Position numbers and translations under genes: made by a program
Origin: Dehalococcoidia bacterium
GTDB taxonomy: Bacteria; Chloroflexota; Dehalococcoidia; Lucifugimonadales; CAUZJF01
Reading direction: 5' to 3'
Length of the DNA: 64,000 nt
NCBI GenBank assembly: GCA_965197985.1
Contig: CBDAOG010000005.1
Coordinates: 531,404 to 595,403 of the forward strand
Shown here: positions 38,116 through 47,496 of the stretch, piece after piece
How the letters are laid out: each line of letters begins with the position of its first letter
Numbering within the stretch: the first letter of the stretch is position 1
The notes under the pieces: generated by a model
What the model was told of the DNA's origin: nothing
What the model saw: only the letters and a program-made list of their open reading frames with translations
Database searches by the model: none

Positions 38116-39030
38116 CTAGTAGTAGTCGCCCGTCTGCACCAGCTCGATGAGCTGCGTCCGATAGGGCTCGATCATCGGCTGGAGCGGCATGCTCAGGTGC
38201 TCCTCGCACAGTCCAAGCGCGGCGAAAGCGACCTTGGTGGACGGCGCATCGAACCCCCTCATCGCGTTGCAGAGGGGTATCACCTGACGCTGAAGCTCCA
38301 TCCCCTTTTCGAGGTCGCCTTCTTTGATGGCGATGTACATGTCGACGAACATCTTTGGGGCGATGGCCGCGGCGGGCGCTGTGGTCCCGTGGCAGCCCGT
38401 CGCCAGGCCCGCGTAGGTCATGTGGCCGAACGTGATCATGACACCGAAATCGTCACTCACGTCCTCCGTCTCCCAGACCAGCGACTGCAGTATGCGCTGG
38501 TCCCCTACGGAAGCCTTGAGCCCCGCGACGTTGGGGTGTGCCGCCAGCTTCTTGATCGGCTCGGGGCACCTGCCAGGGGTGACGTTGGGCCACTTGTTGT
38601 CGTGGAAGTAGATGACCACCGGCACGTTGGCCGCGTCGGCCACGGCTTCGTAATGCGCCAGCAGCTCGCGCTCGCCGTAGGGCTTGCCGTCGAATTTGTA
38701 GTAGTAGGGCTCGGTGATGTGCACCATGTCGACCCCGCAGTCCTCGGCGACCCGGACGTTCTCGATGGTCTGGTGGGTGCCCGGCGCGCCGCAGCCCGTC
38801 ACCACGCCGATTCCACGCTCCTTCGCCTGGTCCACCGCGACCTCGAGGGCGCGCCTGATGATACGCTCGCGTAGGTTGGGGCCCTCTCCGCGGGTACCCA
38901 TCATCCACAGCCCTTCGACGCCCGCGTCCGCCTCGAAGTCGACGACCCGTCGCATGCCCTCTTCGTCGATCTCCTCGTCGGCCGTCATCGGCGTCGCGAT
39001 AATCGGCCACGTCCCTTCTATCCTGGTCAT
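38116..39030 (-). CDS. DHDPS/N-acetylneuraminate-lyase-family class I aldolase (paralog 1)
   Basis: ATG 39030 follows AGGAGG, inside ORF 38116..39168. Features are MTRIEGTWPIIATPMTADEEIDEEGM..., ...MGTRGEG..., ...HITEPYYY... and ...NVAGLKASVGD (candidate Schiff-base Lys). Confidence 0.75.
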   Translation of the reverse strand: MTRIEGTWPIIATPMTADEEIDEEGMRRVVDFEADAGVEGLWMMGTRGEGPNLRERIIRRALEVAVDQAKERGIGVVTGCGAPGTHQTIENVRVAEDCGVDMVHITEPYYYKFDGKPYGERELLAHYEAVADAANVPVVIYFHDNKWPNVTPGRCPEPIKKLAAHPNVAGLKASVGDQRILQSLVWETEDVSDDFGVMITFGHMTYAGLATGCHGTTAPAAAIAPKMFVDMYIAIKEGDLEKGMELQRQVIPLCNAMRGFDAPSTKVAFAALGLCEEHLSMPLQPMIEPYRTQLIELVQTGDYY

Positions 39031-39054
39031 CAATCGTCCTCCTGTTCGCCCTTT

Positions 39055-39092
39055 CCTCCTCTCCCTGTGGGAGAGGACTGAGGTGAGGGTCT
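39055..39092 (+). repeat. GEG-type hairpin repeat unit
   Basis: Sequence is cctcctctccctgtgggagaggactgaggtgagggtc. It sits in the 88-bp spacer between the enolase-superfamily gene and the aldolase gene, antisense to them. Confidence 0.55.
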
Positions 39093-39118
39093 TCTCACCT
39101 GTGATGTTCCAACCAATC

Positions 39119-40285
39119 TCAAAAAACGTACTCCGGCCCGTCGACGTACTCGAATCGCTCGAACCCATCCTCGCGGATAGTAAACCCCAGACCCAGCTTC
39201 TCTGGTGCGTAAACCCGGCCGTCGCGGACGTCGAAAGACTCCTCGAATAGCTCGTTCATCATCGGCATATAGCCCTGGCTCACCTCCAGGATGCGGCAGC
39301 TCGGCGCCGCCATTGCCACGTGCATGGCCGCCGCGAAGAGCACCCCGGAGCCCCATGCGTGAGGAGCCAGCCGCACACCCCTGGCCGAGGCCATCGTGGC
39401 GATCCGCCGGGTCTCGGTGATGCCGCCCGACCGCGCCACCTCGGGCTGAGCGATGTCGATGGCCCGATGCTCGAAAAGGTCGAGGAAATCGAAGCGGGTG
39501 AACTCGCTCTCGCCGGCCGCGATCGGTATGGAGGTCGAGCTCCGCACCTCCGCCATGCCTGCGTGGTCATCCGGGGACACCGGCTCCTCGAACCACGAGA
39601 TGTCGTACTCCTCGAGGCGCGCCGCCAGCCGTATGGCAGTCGAGACGTCGAGGGCTCCGTGAGCGTCCACCATGAGCTCGACGTCAGGGCCGATTCCTCG
39701 ACGCGCGGCCTCGACCCGGCGAACGGTGCTCTCTGTAGAGAAGTCGTCGTGGCCTACGACGCGCATTTTCACTGCACTGAACCCCTTGGCGGCGTACCCC
39801 GCCATCTCGGCCTCCGCGTCGTCGCCGGGAGCCCATCCGCCTGAGCCGTAGGCGCGGACAGAGTCGCGGGCGGCGCCCATCGCCTGGTAGATCGGCACGC
39901 CCAGCGCCTGCGCTTTAACGTCCCAGACGGCGATATCCACGCCGGAAATGGCCTCCATCGTCACACCGCGCCGGCCGCGGCCCGGCTGCGAGTGGCCTCG
40001 CTCCAAGGCCGGCTTCCAGCGCGAGCCGTTGTACATCTTCTCGTAGATACGCTCGGAGAACAGCGGGTCCTCCCCGATCAACATCGGGGCCAGGTCGTGC
40101 TCCACGATCGCCCGCACAACCGGCGGGCTACCCGTCGAGGCGCCGACGCCGGTCAGGCCTTCGTCGGTGTCGACGAACACCAGGACGGAGTCGCTCTTGA
40201 CCTTGGTGCCGTAGTCCGTCCGGTGCCGTCGCTCTTCGGGCACAGCACTGGACATAGGGGTGGCACGGACTTGGGTGATCTTCAC
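39119..40285 (-). CDS. enolase-superfamily enzyme (mandelate racemase/muconate lactonizing family; likely acid-sugar dehydratase)
   Basis: 388 aa. The metal-ligand contexts are MVDAHGAL, WFEEPV and IAAGESE. The general-base His context is LAPHAWG. The N-terminal capping domain has the pattern VFVDTDEGLTGVG. Confidence 0.85.
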   Translation of the reverse strand: MKITQVRATPMSSAVPEERRHRTDYGTKVKSDSVLVFVDTDEGLTGVGASTGSPPVVRAIVEHDLAPMLIGEDPLFSERIYEKMYNGSRWKPALERGHSQPGRGRRGVTMEAISGVDIAVWDVKAQALGVPIYQAMGAARDSVRAYGSGGWAPGDDAEAEMAGYAAKGFSAVKMRVVGHDDFSTESTVRRVEAARRGIGPDVELMVDAHGALDVSTAIRLAARLEEYDISWFEEPVSPDDHAGMAEVRSSTSIPIAAGESEFTRFDFLDLFEHRAIDIAQPEVARSGGITETRRIATMASARGVRLAPHAWGSGVLFAAAMHVAMAAPSCRILEVSQGYMPMMNELFEESFDVRDGRVYAPEKLGLGFTIREDGFERFEYVDGPEYVF

Positions 40286-40534
40286 GTCGAGCTAAAAACT
40301 AGCTGAGATAGGGGTGCGCATTCGGGCAGATAGTCTATCAGATTACGTTTCACGCATTACGTTTGAGGGACCGGCGTCGTCTGTATGCCTACGCGATAGC
40401 GTCCCTTTGGATGCGCTCGCGAACCCCTTCCGACAGGAGGGAGGGGCTACGGGAAAGCAGGTCTCGAGCAAGGCCATTCGGAGGCGTAGGCGCTTCGGAT
40501 ACTTACCGACCAGGGCGTTCCGTCCGGTTCTAAG

Positions 40535-42246
40535 CCCAAATCCACCGAAGGGATGACTATGCAGCAGCGGAACGGGCGATAGGGGCAAGGGAGGGCGATG
40601 GTCCGGGCACGATTTGGGGTAGAGGGGGGCCGGTGTTTGTCTTCAGTTGCCGCGGGGAGACTTTGTGACCGTCTGCGAATGTTGGTCAGGGCGAGATAGC
40701 GGGGAGAGGACGCAGCAAGAGGCACTCGCAGACCGGACTGGCGCGAGTTCGCGGGGACGTTCGGTTGGCCGGATGGCGGCCGGTTGCCGCCGCCGCCGTC
40801 AGGCAGGGAGTGGCAGGGCGCGCAATCGGGCCAGGGCACGATCGAACTGGGCTTCCCAAGGCCAGCGCTGTGGCAGATGCAGTGTGAGGCGGCGCGCCGA
40901 GCGGGTGATCCGTCCGGCCAGGGAGAAGAACCGCCGCCGGAGGGTCTTGGTGGTCACCACCTGCTCGCCCAGACCGATGCGCGCTGTCCAGCGGGCGATG
41001 TTGTGGGCCATCACCTGTACCGCCAGCCAGGCGGCGTTGGCGGCGAAGCGGCCCGAGGGGAGATGGTTCAACCCCACACCGTGCTTGAGGTCTCGGATGG
41101 CATTCTCGATCTCGGCGTGGCGGCGATGGTCGGCCTCCAGTTCGAGCATCTCCCCGTCCCGGTCGGTGATGAAGCCGTGATAGCTGTAGGTGGCGAAGAG
41201 GGCCAGCTGGGAACCGGGCGTGGGCTTCACACGCCGGACGATGAGCCGCACCGGCGCGGCGTCAGGTTCACTCTGGAAGGGAGTGCAGGTGGTCTCGGCC
41301 ACATCGGCGGTGCCGTCCATCCAGTAAGGAATCGGCGTCCAGGCATCTTCGGGTATCGCCTCGATGAGATTGTGCAGGCTTTTATGCTGGCGGATGGTGA
41401 TGGAGAAGCGGACATCCATCTTGCGGCAGACGGATACCACGCCATGAGTGTAGAACCCGCTGTCGGCCCGTAGCGTGAGTCGTCTGTTGGCCCCGGCGTA
41501 GCGCACCCGTCCCACCGTCTCCCGCAGGAAGTGGGCGGCGCCGCGGGCGGTGTTGGCCCGGCCCTCGCGCAGCCGGGACATCAGCACGTCTCCGGTGCCG
41601 GCGGCGATGGCCAGCAGTGGGTGGTAGCCCCGCTTGCCGGTATAGCCGTGGTGGCGGGCGCCCTCCTTGGCCAGTCCGTAGGTCTCGCAGATGGTGGAAT
41701 CGAGGTCGATGGTGAACGGCGCGTCGCCGGGTCCGGCCCCAGCGGCCCAGGCCCGGGCCAGCAGCTCCCGGCTCACCCGGTCCAGCTGGCGGACGTGGCC
41801 CCACCGGAAGCTGCGCAGGAAGGTGCCCAGGGTGGATGGCGCCTTGACCGTGCCGCCCAGGGTGCAGGCCGTCCCCCCGGTGCGCAACACATCAGCGTCG
41901 TCGATGCAGTCGCCGCCAGCCATGGCTGAGGCCACCAGGGTCATCAGCTTGTCTCCGGTGTTGGCCCGCCCCGGCGCGCCGCCCAGGTCAAGGTGATGGT
42001 CAACGAGTTCCCGCAGGCCCAGATGCCGGGCGAGGGTGGCCGGCAGGAGCAGACCGGCATTGGCCACCAGGCGGTGATCGTCAAAGACGATACGGATACG
42101 GTCGGGCTGGTTGCGTGGTAGCATCTATTGGGTGCTCCTTCTCTGGGACTGTTTTGCTGTTACAAAACCATTATCCCAGATTCAGAAGAGCACCCTCTGG
42201 CCTCTTCAGGATGCTAACCCGACGCCCTCCCTCGGTGGATTCGGGC
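40535..42246 (-). mobile_element. IS1380-A copy 2 (1712 bp)
   Basis: Same ends as copy 1. A perfect 4-bp duplication TAAG lies at 40531-40534 and 42247-42250. It is inserted exactly at the stop codon of the GH-like gene 42246..43610. Confidence 0.9.
40799..42124 (-). CDS. IS1380-family transposase
   Basis: 441 aa. It has two substitutions relative to copies 3 and 4: ANRRLTL and DGTADVAE. Confidence 0.9.
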   Translation of the reverse strand: MLPRNQPDRIRIVFDDHRLVANAGLLLPATLARHLGLRELVDHHLDLGGAPGRANTGDKLMTLVASAMAGGDCIDDADVLRTGGTACTLGGTVKAPSTLGTFLRSFRWGHVRQLDRVSRELLARAWAAGAGPGDAPFTIDLDSTICETYGLAKEGARHHGYTGKRGYHPLLAIAAGTGDVLMSRLREGRANTARGAAHFLRETVGRVRYAGANRRLTLRADSGFYTHGVVSVCRKMDVRFSITIRQHKSLHNLIEAIPEDAWTPIPYWMDGTADVAETTCTPFQSEPDAAPVRLIVRRVKPTPGSQLALFATYSYHGFITDRDGEMLELEADHRRHAEIENAIRDLKHGVGLNHLPSGRFAANAAWLAVQVMAHNIARWTARIGLGEQVVTTKTLRRRFFSLAGRITRSARRLTLHLPQRWPWEAQFDRALARLRALPLPA

Positions 42247-43610
42247 TAAGACGAAAACCAGACCGAAAAAACCTCCGCGTTACGGAGCCTAAGTCGAACG
42301 CTGCGCTCGGCCGGGGCGTTATCGGGCGACGGGGCGTCGGCCCAGCGGAAGACGTGGTCGAGCGAGTCGGCGCTCAATGGAACGCAACTGGCGCCGTCCA
42401 AACCCGACACGACGGCCCCGCTCTCGTCGAGGACCTCGGCCGTGATCTGGCCCTTCGACGCGTCCGCGTTCACGTGAAGCTCGCGGCCGGCTGGCATCGA
42501 TGTCGTCGCGACCTCGCCGTTGTTGCCGGAGTGAAGCCCGACTAGCCTGTCCTTCGGCCAGCTAGCCATGCCAATCGCGCGTTGCCAGCGGCCCTTCTTC
42601 TGCCCGCCGTGGGGATGGTCCATGCCGGTGTAGTAGAGGCGAAGCTCGTCCCCATCCTCAACGAACGACTCTGCGGCGCGGATGAAGCCGCCATCGAACT
42701 CACCGCGCTGCCCCATCTCCACGATCGGTCTGCGGTCGCCGACGCGCTCCCACGTCCGGCCGTCCCTGCTGCTGACTAGCTGGATGTCGATGATCCCCTG
42801 GGTGTTCACACCCGGCGTGCCCATCGCGTCGGTGGCGCGCAGGACGTCCATGAAGCCGAGGAGCACCGGCCCGTACCTGGCTATCGGGATGGCATAGATC
42901 TCAGTGGCGCTGTGGATGTCGCCACCGGTCCACTCGTCGTCCTGCTCGTCGGGGACGACCGCGGGCTGAGGCAGCGTCCACTCGAAGCCGTCTTCGCTGG
43001 TCGTCCAGTTCTGGATGCGGCGACGCCTGCCTCGGACCTCCAGAAAGCGCTTGACCATGCCGCGGAACAGTTCGTCTCTGTGATCGTACGCGGCCCAGCT
43101 GACGTCGCCGTATCGGTAGATGACCGGCTCCTCCGACCAGTCGGTCCAGCCGAAGCCGTCCTTGGAGAAACAGATATGATGACTGCCGCCGAGGTAGGCC
43201 GTTATTGAGTATTCTCGCCCTGCTCCCATCGTGGGCGTACGCATGACGCTCGCGGTCGCGCTGTGCCGGGTCTCCGGGTCCAGGAAGACGTTGTTGTCCT
43301 TGGAACCGGCTGGGTCGTCGTAGAGCCCGAGGGACGGCAGCGTCCAGTCCCTGCCGTTCTCGCTCTCGGCATGCATGTGGGAGTTCTGTCCCTTGGTCGA
43401 CGATGTGTACCACATCCGGTCGACGCCGTTCTCTCGGAGCACGGTCCCAACAATGAGCTGGCCTGTCTCCCACTCTCGGTCGGCGGCCAGCACGGGGTTG
43501 CCCTCGAACTTCCGGCCAGGATGGATGCGCCGCTCCACGCCCCGCATCGACTGTACCTGGGCGTCGTCGATGAACAGCACCCTGTCTAAGCTGATGTCGT
43601 TAGAACTCAC
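42246..43610 (-). CDS. unassigned beta-propeller glycoside-hydrolase-like protein (paralog GH-like-1)
   Basis: The N-terminus of ORF 42246..43799 runs into IS1380-A copy 3. The best internal start is GTG 43610 (VSSNDISLDRVLFIDDAQV...). It shares with 48611..49999 and 61336..62892 the motifs LF(I/V)DD, GNPV and MWY. It also shares repeated S-x-(D/N)-G-x-x-W blade motifs and the C-terminal LRNAEVFSVW. Confidence 0.6.
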   Translation of the reverse strand: MSSNDISLDRVLFIDDAQVQSMRGVERRIHPGRKFEGNPVLAADREWETGQLIVGTVLRENGVDRMWYTSSTKGQNSHMHAESENGRDWTLPSLGLYDDPAGSKDNNVFLDPETRHSATASVMRTPTMGAGREYSITAYLGGSHHICFSKDGFGWTDWSEEPVIYRYGDVSWAAYDHRDELFRGMVKRFLEVRGRRRRIQNWTTSEDGFEWTLPQPAVVPDEQDDEWTGGDIHSATEIYAIPIARYGPVLLGFMDVLRATDAMGTPGVNTQGIIDIQLVSSRDGRTWERVGDRRPIVEMGQRGEFDGGFIRAAESFVEDGDELRLYYTGMDHPHGGQKKGRWQRAIGMASWPKDRLVGLHSGNNGEVATTSMPAGRELHVNADASKGQITAEVLDESGAVVSGLDGASCVPLSADSLDHVFRWADAPSPDNAPAERSVRLRLRNAEVFSVWFSS

Positions 43611-43620
43611 GGTTTCTGAT

Positions 43621-43650
43621 GTCTTACCTCCTCTCCCGCCGCTGGAGACC
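43621..43650 (-). repeat. GEG-type hairpin repeat unit
   Basis: The minus strand reads ggtctccagcggcgggagaggaggtaagac. It lies immediately upstream of GTG 43610 in the same orientation. Confidence 0.5.
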
Positions 43651-43663
43651 TTTGAGTAACTAA

Positions 43664-45375
43664 TCCCGAATCCACCGAGGGAGGGCGTCGGGTTAGCATC
43701 CTGAAGTGGCCAGAGGGTGCTCTTCTGAATCTGGGATAATGGTTTTGTGACAGCAAAACAGTCCCAGAGAAGGAGCACCCAATAGATGCTACCACGCAAC
43801 CAGCCCGACCGTATCCGTATCGTCTTTGACGATCACCGCCTGGTGGCCAATGCCGGTCTGCTCCTGCCGGCCACCCTCGCCCGGCATCTGGGCCTGCGGG
43901 AACTCGTTGACCATCACCTTGACCTGGGCGGCGCGCCGGGGCGGGCCAACACCGGAGACAAGCTGATGACCCTGGTGGCCTCAGCCATGGCTGGCGGCGA
44001 CTGCATCGACGACGCTGATGTGTTGCGCACCGGGGGGACGGCCTGCACCCTGGGCGGCACGGTCAAGGCGCCATCCACCCTGGGCACCTTCCTGCGCAGC
44101 TTCCGGTGGGGCCACGTCCGCCAGCTGGACCGGGTGAGCCGGGAGCTGCTGGCCCGGGCCTGGGCCGCTGGGGCCGGACCCGGCGACGCGCCGTTCACCA
44201 TCGACCTCGATTCCACCATCTGCGAGACCTACGGACTGGCCAAGGAGGGCGCCCGCCACCACGGCTATACCGGCAAGCGGGGCTACCACCCACTGCTGGC
44301 CATCGCCGCCGGCACCGGAGACGTGCTGATGTCCCGGCTGCGCGAGGGCCGGGCCAACACCGCCCGCGGCGCCGCCCACTTCCTGCGGGAGACGGTGGGA
44401 CGGGTGCGCTACGCCGGGGCCAACGGACGACTCACGCTACGGGCCGACAGCGGGTTCTACACTCATGGCGTGGTATCCGTCTGCCGCAAGATGGATGTCC
44501 GCTTCTCCATCACCATCCGCCAGCATAAAAGCCTGCACAATCTCATCGAGGCGATACCCGAAGATGCCTGGACGCCGATTCCTTACTGGATGGACGGCGC
44601 CGCCGATGTGGCCGAGACCACCTGCACTCCCTTCCAGAGTGAACCTGACGCCGCGCCGGTGCGGCTCATCGTCCGGCGTGTGAAGCCCACGCCCGGTTCC
44701 CAGCTGGCCCTCTTCGCCACCTACAGCTATCACGGCTTCATCACCGACCGGGACGGGGAGATGCTCGAACTGGAGGCCGACCATCGCCGCCACGCCGAGA
44801 TCGAGAATGCCATCCGAGACCTCAAGCACGGTGTGGGGTTGAACCATCTCCCCTCGGGCCGCTTCGCCGCCAACGCCGCCTGGCTGGCGGTACAGGTGAT
44901 GGCCCACAACATCGCCCGCTGGACAGCGCGCATCGGTCTGGGCGAGCAGGTGGTGACCACCAAGACCCTCCGGCGGCGGTTCTTCTCCCTGGCCGGACGG
45001 ATCACCCGCTCGGCGCGCCGCCTCACACTGCATCTGCCACAGCGCTGGCCTTGGGAAGCCCAGTTCGATCGTGCCCTGGCCCGATTGCGCGCCCTGCCAC
45101 TCCCTGCCTGACGGCGGCGGCGGCAACCGGCCGCCATCCGGCCAACCGAACGTCCCCGCGAACTCGCGCCAGTCCGGTCTGCGAGTGCCTCTTGCTGTGT
45201 CCTCTCCCCGCTATCTCGCCCTGACCAACATTCGCAGACGGTCACAAAGTCTCCCCGCGGCAACTGAAGACAAACACCGGCCCCCCTCTACCCCAAATCG
45301 TGCCCGGACCATCGCCCTCCCTTGCCCCTATCGCCCGTTCCGCTGCTGCATAGTCATCCCTTCGGTGGATTTGGG
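43664..45375 (+). mobile_element. IS1380-A copy 3 (1712 bp)
   Basis: Same ends; the first base is T instead of G. A perfect duplication CTAA lies at 43660-43663 and 45376-45379. Confidence 0.9.
43786..45111 (+). CDS. IS1380-family transposase
   Basis: 441 aa, identical in the supplied translation to the copy-4 protein. Confidence 0.9.
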   Translation: MLPRNQPDRIRIVFDDHRLVANAGLLLPATLARHLGLRELVDHHLDLGGAPGRANTGDKLMTLVASAMAGGDCIDDADVLRTGGTACTLGGTVKAPSTLGTFLRSFRWGHVRQLDRVSRELLARAWAAGAGPGDAPFTIDLDSTICETYGLAKEGARHHGYTGKRGYHPLLAIAAGTGDVLMSRLREGRANTARGAAHFLRETVGRVRYAGANGRLTLRADSGFYTHGVVSVCRKMDVRFSITIRQHKSLHNLIEAIPEDAWTPIPYWMDGAADVAETTCTPFQSEPDAAPVRLIVRRVKPTPGSQLALFATYSYHGFITDRDGEMLELEADHRRHAEIENAIRDLKHGVGLNHLPSGRFAANAAWLAVQVMAHNIARWTARIGLGEQVVTTKTLRRRFFSLAGRITRSARRLTLHLPQRWPWEAQFDRALARLRALPLPA

Positions 45376-45518
45376 CTAAGGTGGTTTTCGATACTCATGG
45401 TTGTATGGTTCAGATTGATAGGTTCGTGGCTTTGAGCAGAACCTGTGATAGTCAGGCCCGGCCTACTAATGCTGTTAAAGAGCCGCTTGGACCTCGATTT
45501 CGAGGTTCGTTCGACCCT

Positions 45519-45638
45519 TCAGGGCGCACTCCTCCTAGGAACTCGCGCTTCATGAATAGGCATCAGTCTGTCCGCTCGCCGCAAGTTGTATGCCATGCAC
45601 TTGACCGATATTTCCCAGATGGAATCCAGTGCTTTCAT
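45519..45638 (-). other. probable remnant of a transposase C-terminus (IS5/IS1182-like ...MAYNLRR motif)
   Basis: The minus-strand reading is (GLSQDGVF)MKALDSIWEISVKCMAYNLRRADRLMPIHEARVPRRSAP*. No upstream catalytic region is present. Confidence 0.3.
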
Positions 45639-45857
45639 AAACACACCATCCTGAGACAGTCCAGACTATAAGATCGCCTGCTGAAGTTGTCAACTGCCAC
45701 CAACCGCGCTAATATCACTTCATCTAGAGAAACAGGGTCTCCAAACCACTTGGAAAGGCTCTAAACGGATTGTTCAGACCGAACCTCACGCTGCAAGTCG
45801 CGCACCTTGCTCAGGGCAGCCTCGATATGATCACGATTCCCTAACAGACACATGCTC

Positions 45858-47356
45858 CTATCCAGGATTGAAACGAAGTCTCCCTATCCGCTCCAGCATT
45901 TCATCGAACATCTCCCTGGTCACCATCACCTCGGCAAGCTGGAACACAAGCCTCCTCGCATGACGCACCAGTCGCCCGCCTATCTTGATGAGTCTCGTCT
46001 GAATACTTGTCAGGGACCAGCTCTTTATCGCTTCTGGCAGAGCCAGCCTTCTGAAGAAGTTGCCCAGATTGTATGCCAGGATGAATAGCCACAGCCTCAC
46101 CTGATTAGCCACGAACTTATGGCACGAGAGCCGAGTCCAATTGAGGGCGTATTTCCCCTCTTTAATCCACTGCTCTGCTGTGCCTCTGCCATTGTAGAAG
46201 CTGACTATTCCCTTCGTTGGATAGCTCAGGTTGGTTACGATGAAGCCTACTCTTGGGAACAGTTCTCCCTGATGCCACTCCACCTTGGCCACTACTCTTC
46301 GAGGAACATTCCAACTCTGGGCCTGATAAACGAAGTCGTGATACGAGACGATGGGCTTTTGAGAGGGCCACTCGGTAGGCCGTACCAACAGGTGAGATAT
46401 TTCCTTCTGAAGCACTTCGTTCGCCGGAAGCCTTATGGCGTAGCCGATATGCCTTGTCTCCAGGTACTCGTAAATCTCAGGCTTGGCAGAAGCAGCGTCT
46501 GCTCGAAACAGCAGCCTCACCGCCAGCTTCAGGTAGCGCTCGACGATGGGATTGATGAACTCCTTCCAGCCATCGGCGCTGTGGACGTTGCCTGGTCTGA
46601 GAACCGCCCCTTCGCAATCTCCAAACTGGTTGAAGCAGAACAAGGGGTGATAGCACATGCATCCAAAGTGGCCGTTGTAGGCTGCTTCCTCCTGCTCGCC
46701 ATGCACCGGACTCTCCGAACTGTCGATGTCCAGGATGATACGCCTGTGTACGGTCTTGGCTAATGCACGTTTTATCCATTCGACATTCAGCCGCTCAATG
46801 CCCTTGAGGTTTTCCTTTTGTGTCAGCAACTCCGTCTCGAACCTACCCATCTCGCTGGTGCTGGCCGCGTTCCTGTCAGGGCCTTTCCAGCCTACCACTA
46901 CTCTCAGGGCTGGGTCTTGGGAAAGGCGGTCGGCATCATTGGTGTCGTCGTATCCAGCGAGGCGGCTGTAGACTGACTGTCTCAGCAGTGGGATTAGCTG
47001 ATGCAGGATGTTTTTGCCCGTTCGACTCTCTTTGAGGAATTCGTCGGCAGAGTCGGTCAGGCTTGATTCTCTCGTAAAAAGTCTGTGCAGGTCGAATTAG
47101 AACAACCGTACCCTTGCCTGGGTACAATATACAGTCTCTGTTCCGTGTCCTACCCCAACATACGGTAGCGCTCACATGTGCTAAAGCGCTGGAACTTCCT
47201 CAAAACGGGTTTTTACGAGGGAATCAGGCTTAGGGCGTCATCAAGCTCTCTGCACGCCAGCAGTCCTGCGTCTGAGGTGATGGTAGCACCGCGAAACTCC
47301 ACGCGAACTTTGGAGTCAAAGTCGAGCTTGAGAGGGGTCTTTTCGTCGTCACCCAT
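45858..47356 (-). pseudogene. IS1380-family transposase interrupted by MITE-C
   Basis: ATG 47356 follows GGAGG: MGDDEKTPLKLDFDSKVRVEFRGATITSDAGLLACRELDDALSL, then the MITE, then TDSADEFLKESRTGKNILHQLIPLLRQSVYSRLAGYDDTNDADRLSQDPALRVVVGWKG.... The rest is ORF 45858..46898 (ILDIDSSESPVHG, LFRADAASA, GTAEQWIKEGK). Removing 167 bp restores 1332 nt. Confidence 0.8.
47065..47225 (+). mobile_element. 161-bp MITE, copy C
   Basis: Identical to copy B. A 6-bp TSD AGGCTT lies at 47059-47064 and 47226-47231. Confidence 0.85.
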
Positions 47357-47496
47357 AAGGTGCCTCCAACACGATTACGTAATCAGAAGCCAGAACCTAT
47401 ATTCATGGGTGTATTATAATGTATAGACTCCCATTATATCCGTTTAGTAATCAGAATATTCATAGTAATCACAGGAACGCCAATCACCACTTGGGT

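Noticed and set aside
40535-45375. The IS1380-A / GH-like-1 / IS1380-A arrangement as a transposed composite transposon
   Set aside because: Each IS copy has its own matching 4-bp duplication (TAAG/TAAG and CTAA/CTAA). There is no shared outer duplication, so these are two independent insertions.
42251-45390. A 9-mer CGAAAACCA / TGGTTTTCG found in inverted orientation just outside IS1380-A copies 2 and 3, as a possible target motif or larger inverted repeat
   Set aside because: Its position relative to the duplications differs between the two sites. It is absent from the other three insertion sites. It is probably chance within T-rich target regions.
43611-45398. An in-frame ATG at 45398-45396 that, after removing IS1380-A copy 3, would extend GH-like-1 by 29 codons upstream of GTG 43610 (MSIENHLSYSKVSSGGRGGKTSET...)
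   Set aside because: The extension would be encoded largely by a GEG-type repeat unit that is otherwise non-coding. It has no counterpart in the two paralogs, so the frame continuity is probably coincidental. Not fully excluded.
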